Shown here piece after piece: positions 6,881 to 7,315 of a stretch of DNA of 7,315 bases. The notes below the pieces were generated by a model. The model saw only the letters and a program-made list of their open reading frames with translations, was not told where the DNA came from and did not search any database. Source of the DNA: Candidatus Vampirococcus lugosii (lineage in GTDB: Bacteria; Patescibacteriota; Gracilibacteria; Absconditabacterales; Absconditicoccaceae). Both the position numbers and the translations under genes were made by a program. Positions within the stretch are counted from its first letter, which is position 1, and each line of letters opens with the position of its first letter. Location: positions 1 through 7,315 of the forward strand of contig NZ_JAEDAM010000058.1 in assembly GCF_018420025.1 (NCBI RefSeq). Reading direction: 5' to 3'.

Positions 6881-7315
6881 ATGGCTTTTGATAAAAATCA
6901 AATTAAAATAAATTTGGATATAGACGATGAAACAATTAATAATGAAGAATCAAAAACTTCCGATTTTAGTATTAATTTTTGAGAAGAATTAGAAAATAAT
7001 GAAGATAATGAAAATAATTTATTACAAGATAATGAAAATGAATCTAATGAAAGTAATAATATTAATGATTTATTGCAAATGGAAAATAACTCTCAAGAGT
7101 ATAAAAAAGAATTTAATATTGAAACTGAAGAAAAGAAAGAAAGTGAAAAAAATAAAATTAATTTCACAAAAATAAATATATTAGAAAATATTGATGATGA
7201 ATGACTTAAAGTTAACAATATAGATGATAAAACAAAAGATTTTGAAATTTTTAAAAATCATAAAAAAAGAAAGAGAAAAAAAATAATTTTTAGATCTGTT
7301 TGAGCTCTTTCTATT
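6881..7315 (+). CDS. Hypothetical protein: acidic Asn/Glu/Asp-rich N-terminal region, polybasic patch, then the start of a hydrophobic segment (3' end outside window)
   Basis: ATG 6881 is the first start after in-frame TAA 6866-6868. The frame stays open to the window edge (145 codons, 3 in-frame TGA). The sequence reads MAFDKNQIKINLDIDDETINNEE...NEDNENNLLQDNENESNESNN...KKRKRKK (7262-7282) IIFRSVGALSI. I recognise no family. Low-complexity AT-rich frames can stay open by chance, so coding status rests on the promoter, the ATG context and the length. Confidence 0.55.

Noticed and set aside
1-7315. Alternative explanations for the many in-frame TGAs: table 4 (TGA=Trp, Mycoplasma-like), selenocysteine, or a decayed pseudogene region
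   Set aside because: A Trp reading would give GPPWSGKT, WDLHW and ISWLASWID, destroying invariant Gly motifs, while conserved Trp positions use TGG. About 108 TGAs without SECIS-like context rules out selenocysteine. Seven frames that are interrupted only by TGA, never by TAA or TAG, and retain complete catalytic motifs are not pseudogenes.
1-7315. Scan for tRNA, rRNA, CRISPR repeats, transposase/integrase genes or inverted terminal repeats
   Set aside because: There is no GC-rich structured segment of about 75 nt, no regularly spaced direct repeats, no recombinase-like ORF under table 25, and no long terminal inverted repeats.

Overview
This is a very AT-rich bacterial window that looks almost non-coding under the standard code: the supplied track has five short ORFs, and only two (3868..4092, 4252..4473) lie in a real frame. 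The main result is recoding. If TGA is read as a sense codon, the window resolves into seven tightly packed genes covering about 90% of it, and every complete gene ends in TAA. The in-frame TGAs sit on invariant glycines of unrelated protein families: ComM Walker A GPP-G-SGKT, metallophosphoesterase G-D-x-H-G, and DprA ISG-LASG-ID. Conserved tryptophans still use TGG. That indicates TGA=Gly (translation table 25), known from Absconditabacteria/SR1 and Gracilibacteria (Patescibacteria/CPR), rather than TGA=Trp (table 4). The genes in order are: a 5'-truncated DUF1566/Lcl-C-like cysteine-containing protein (+); an ATP-grasp enzyme (-); comM/yifB (+); a small two-TM bacterial-PH (bPH_2-like) membrane protein (+); dprA (-), sharing a 6-nt convergent overlap with the previous gene; a PPP/ApaH-like metallophosphoesterase (-) just upstream of dprA; and a 3'-truncated acidic low-complexity protein (+). 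I see no rRNA, tRNA, CRISPR array or mobile element. Secondary observations are: TGA is the majority glycine codon; no start has a Shine-Dalgarno motif; two promoter-like regions share a TATATATA(A)GGAA motif exactly 35 nt from the ATG; two recombination-mediator/competence genes are clustered; and an unexplained GC-rich patch lies in the only long spacer. All protein calls rest on hand translation and remembered family motifs. No searches were run.
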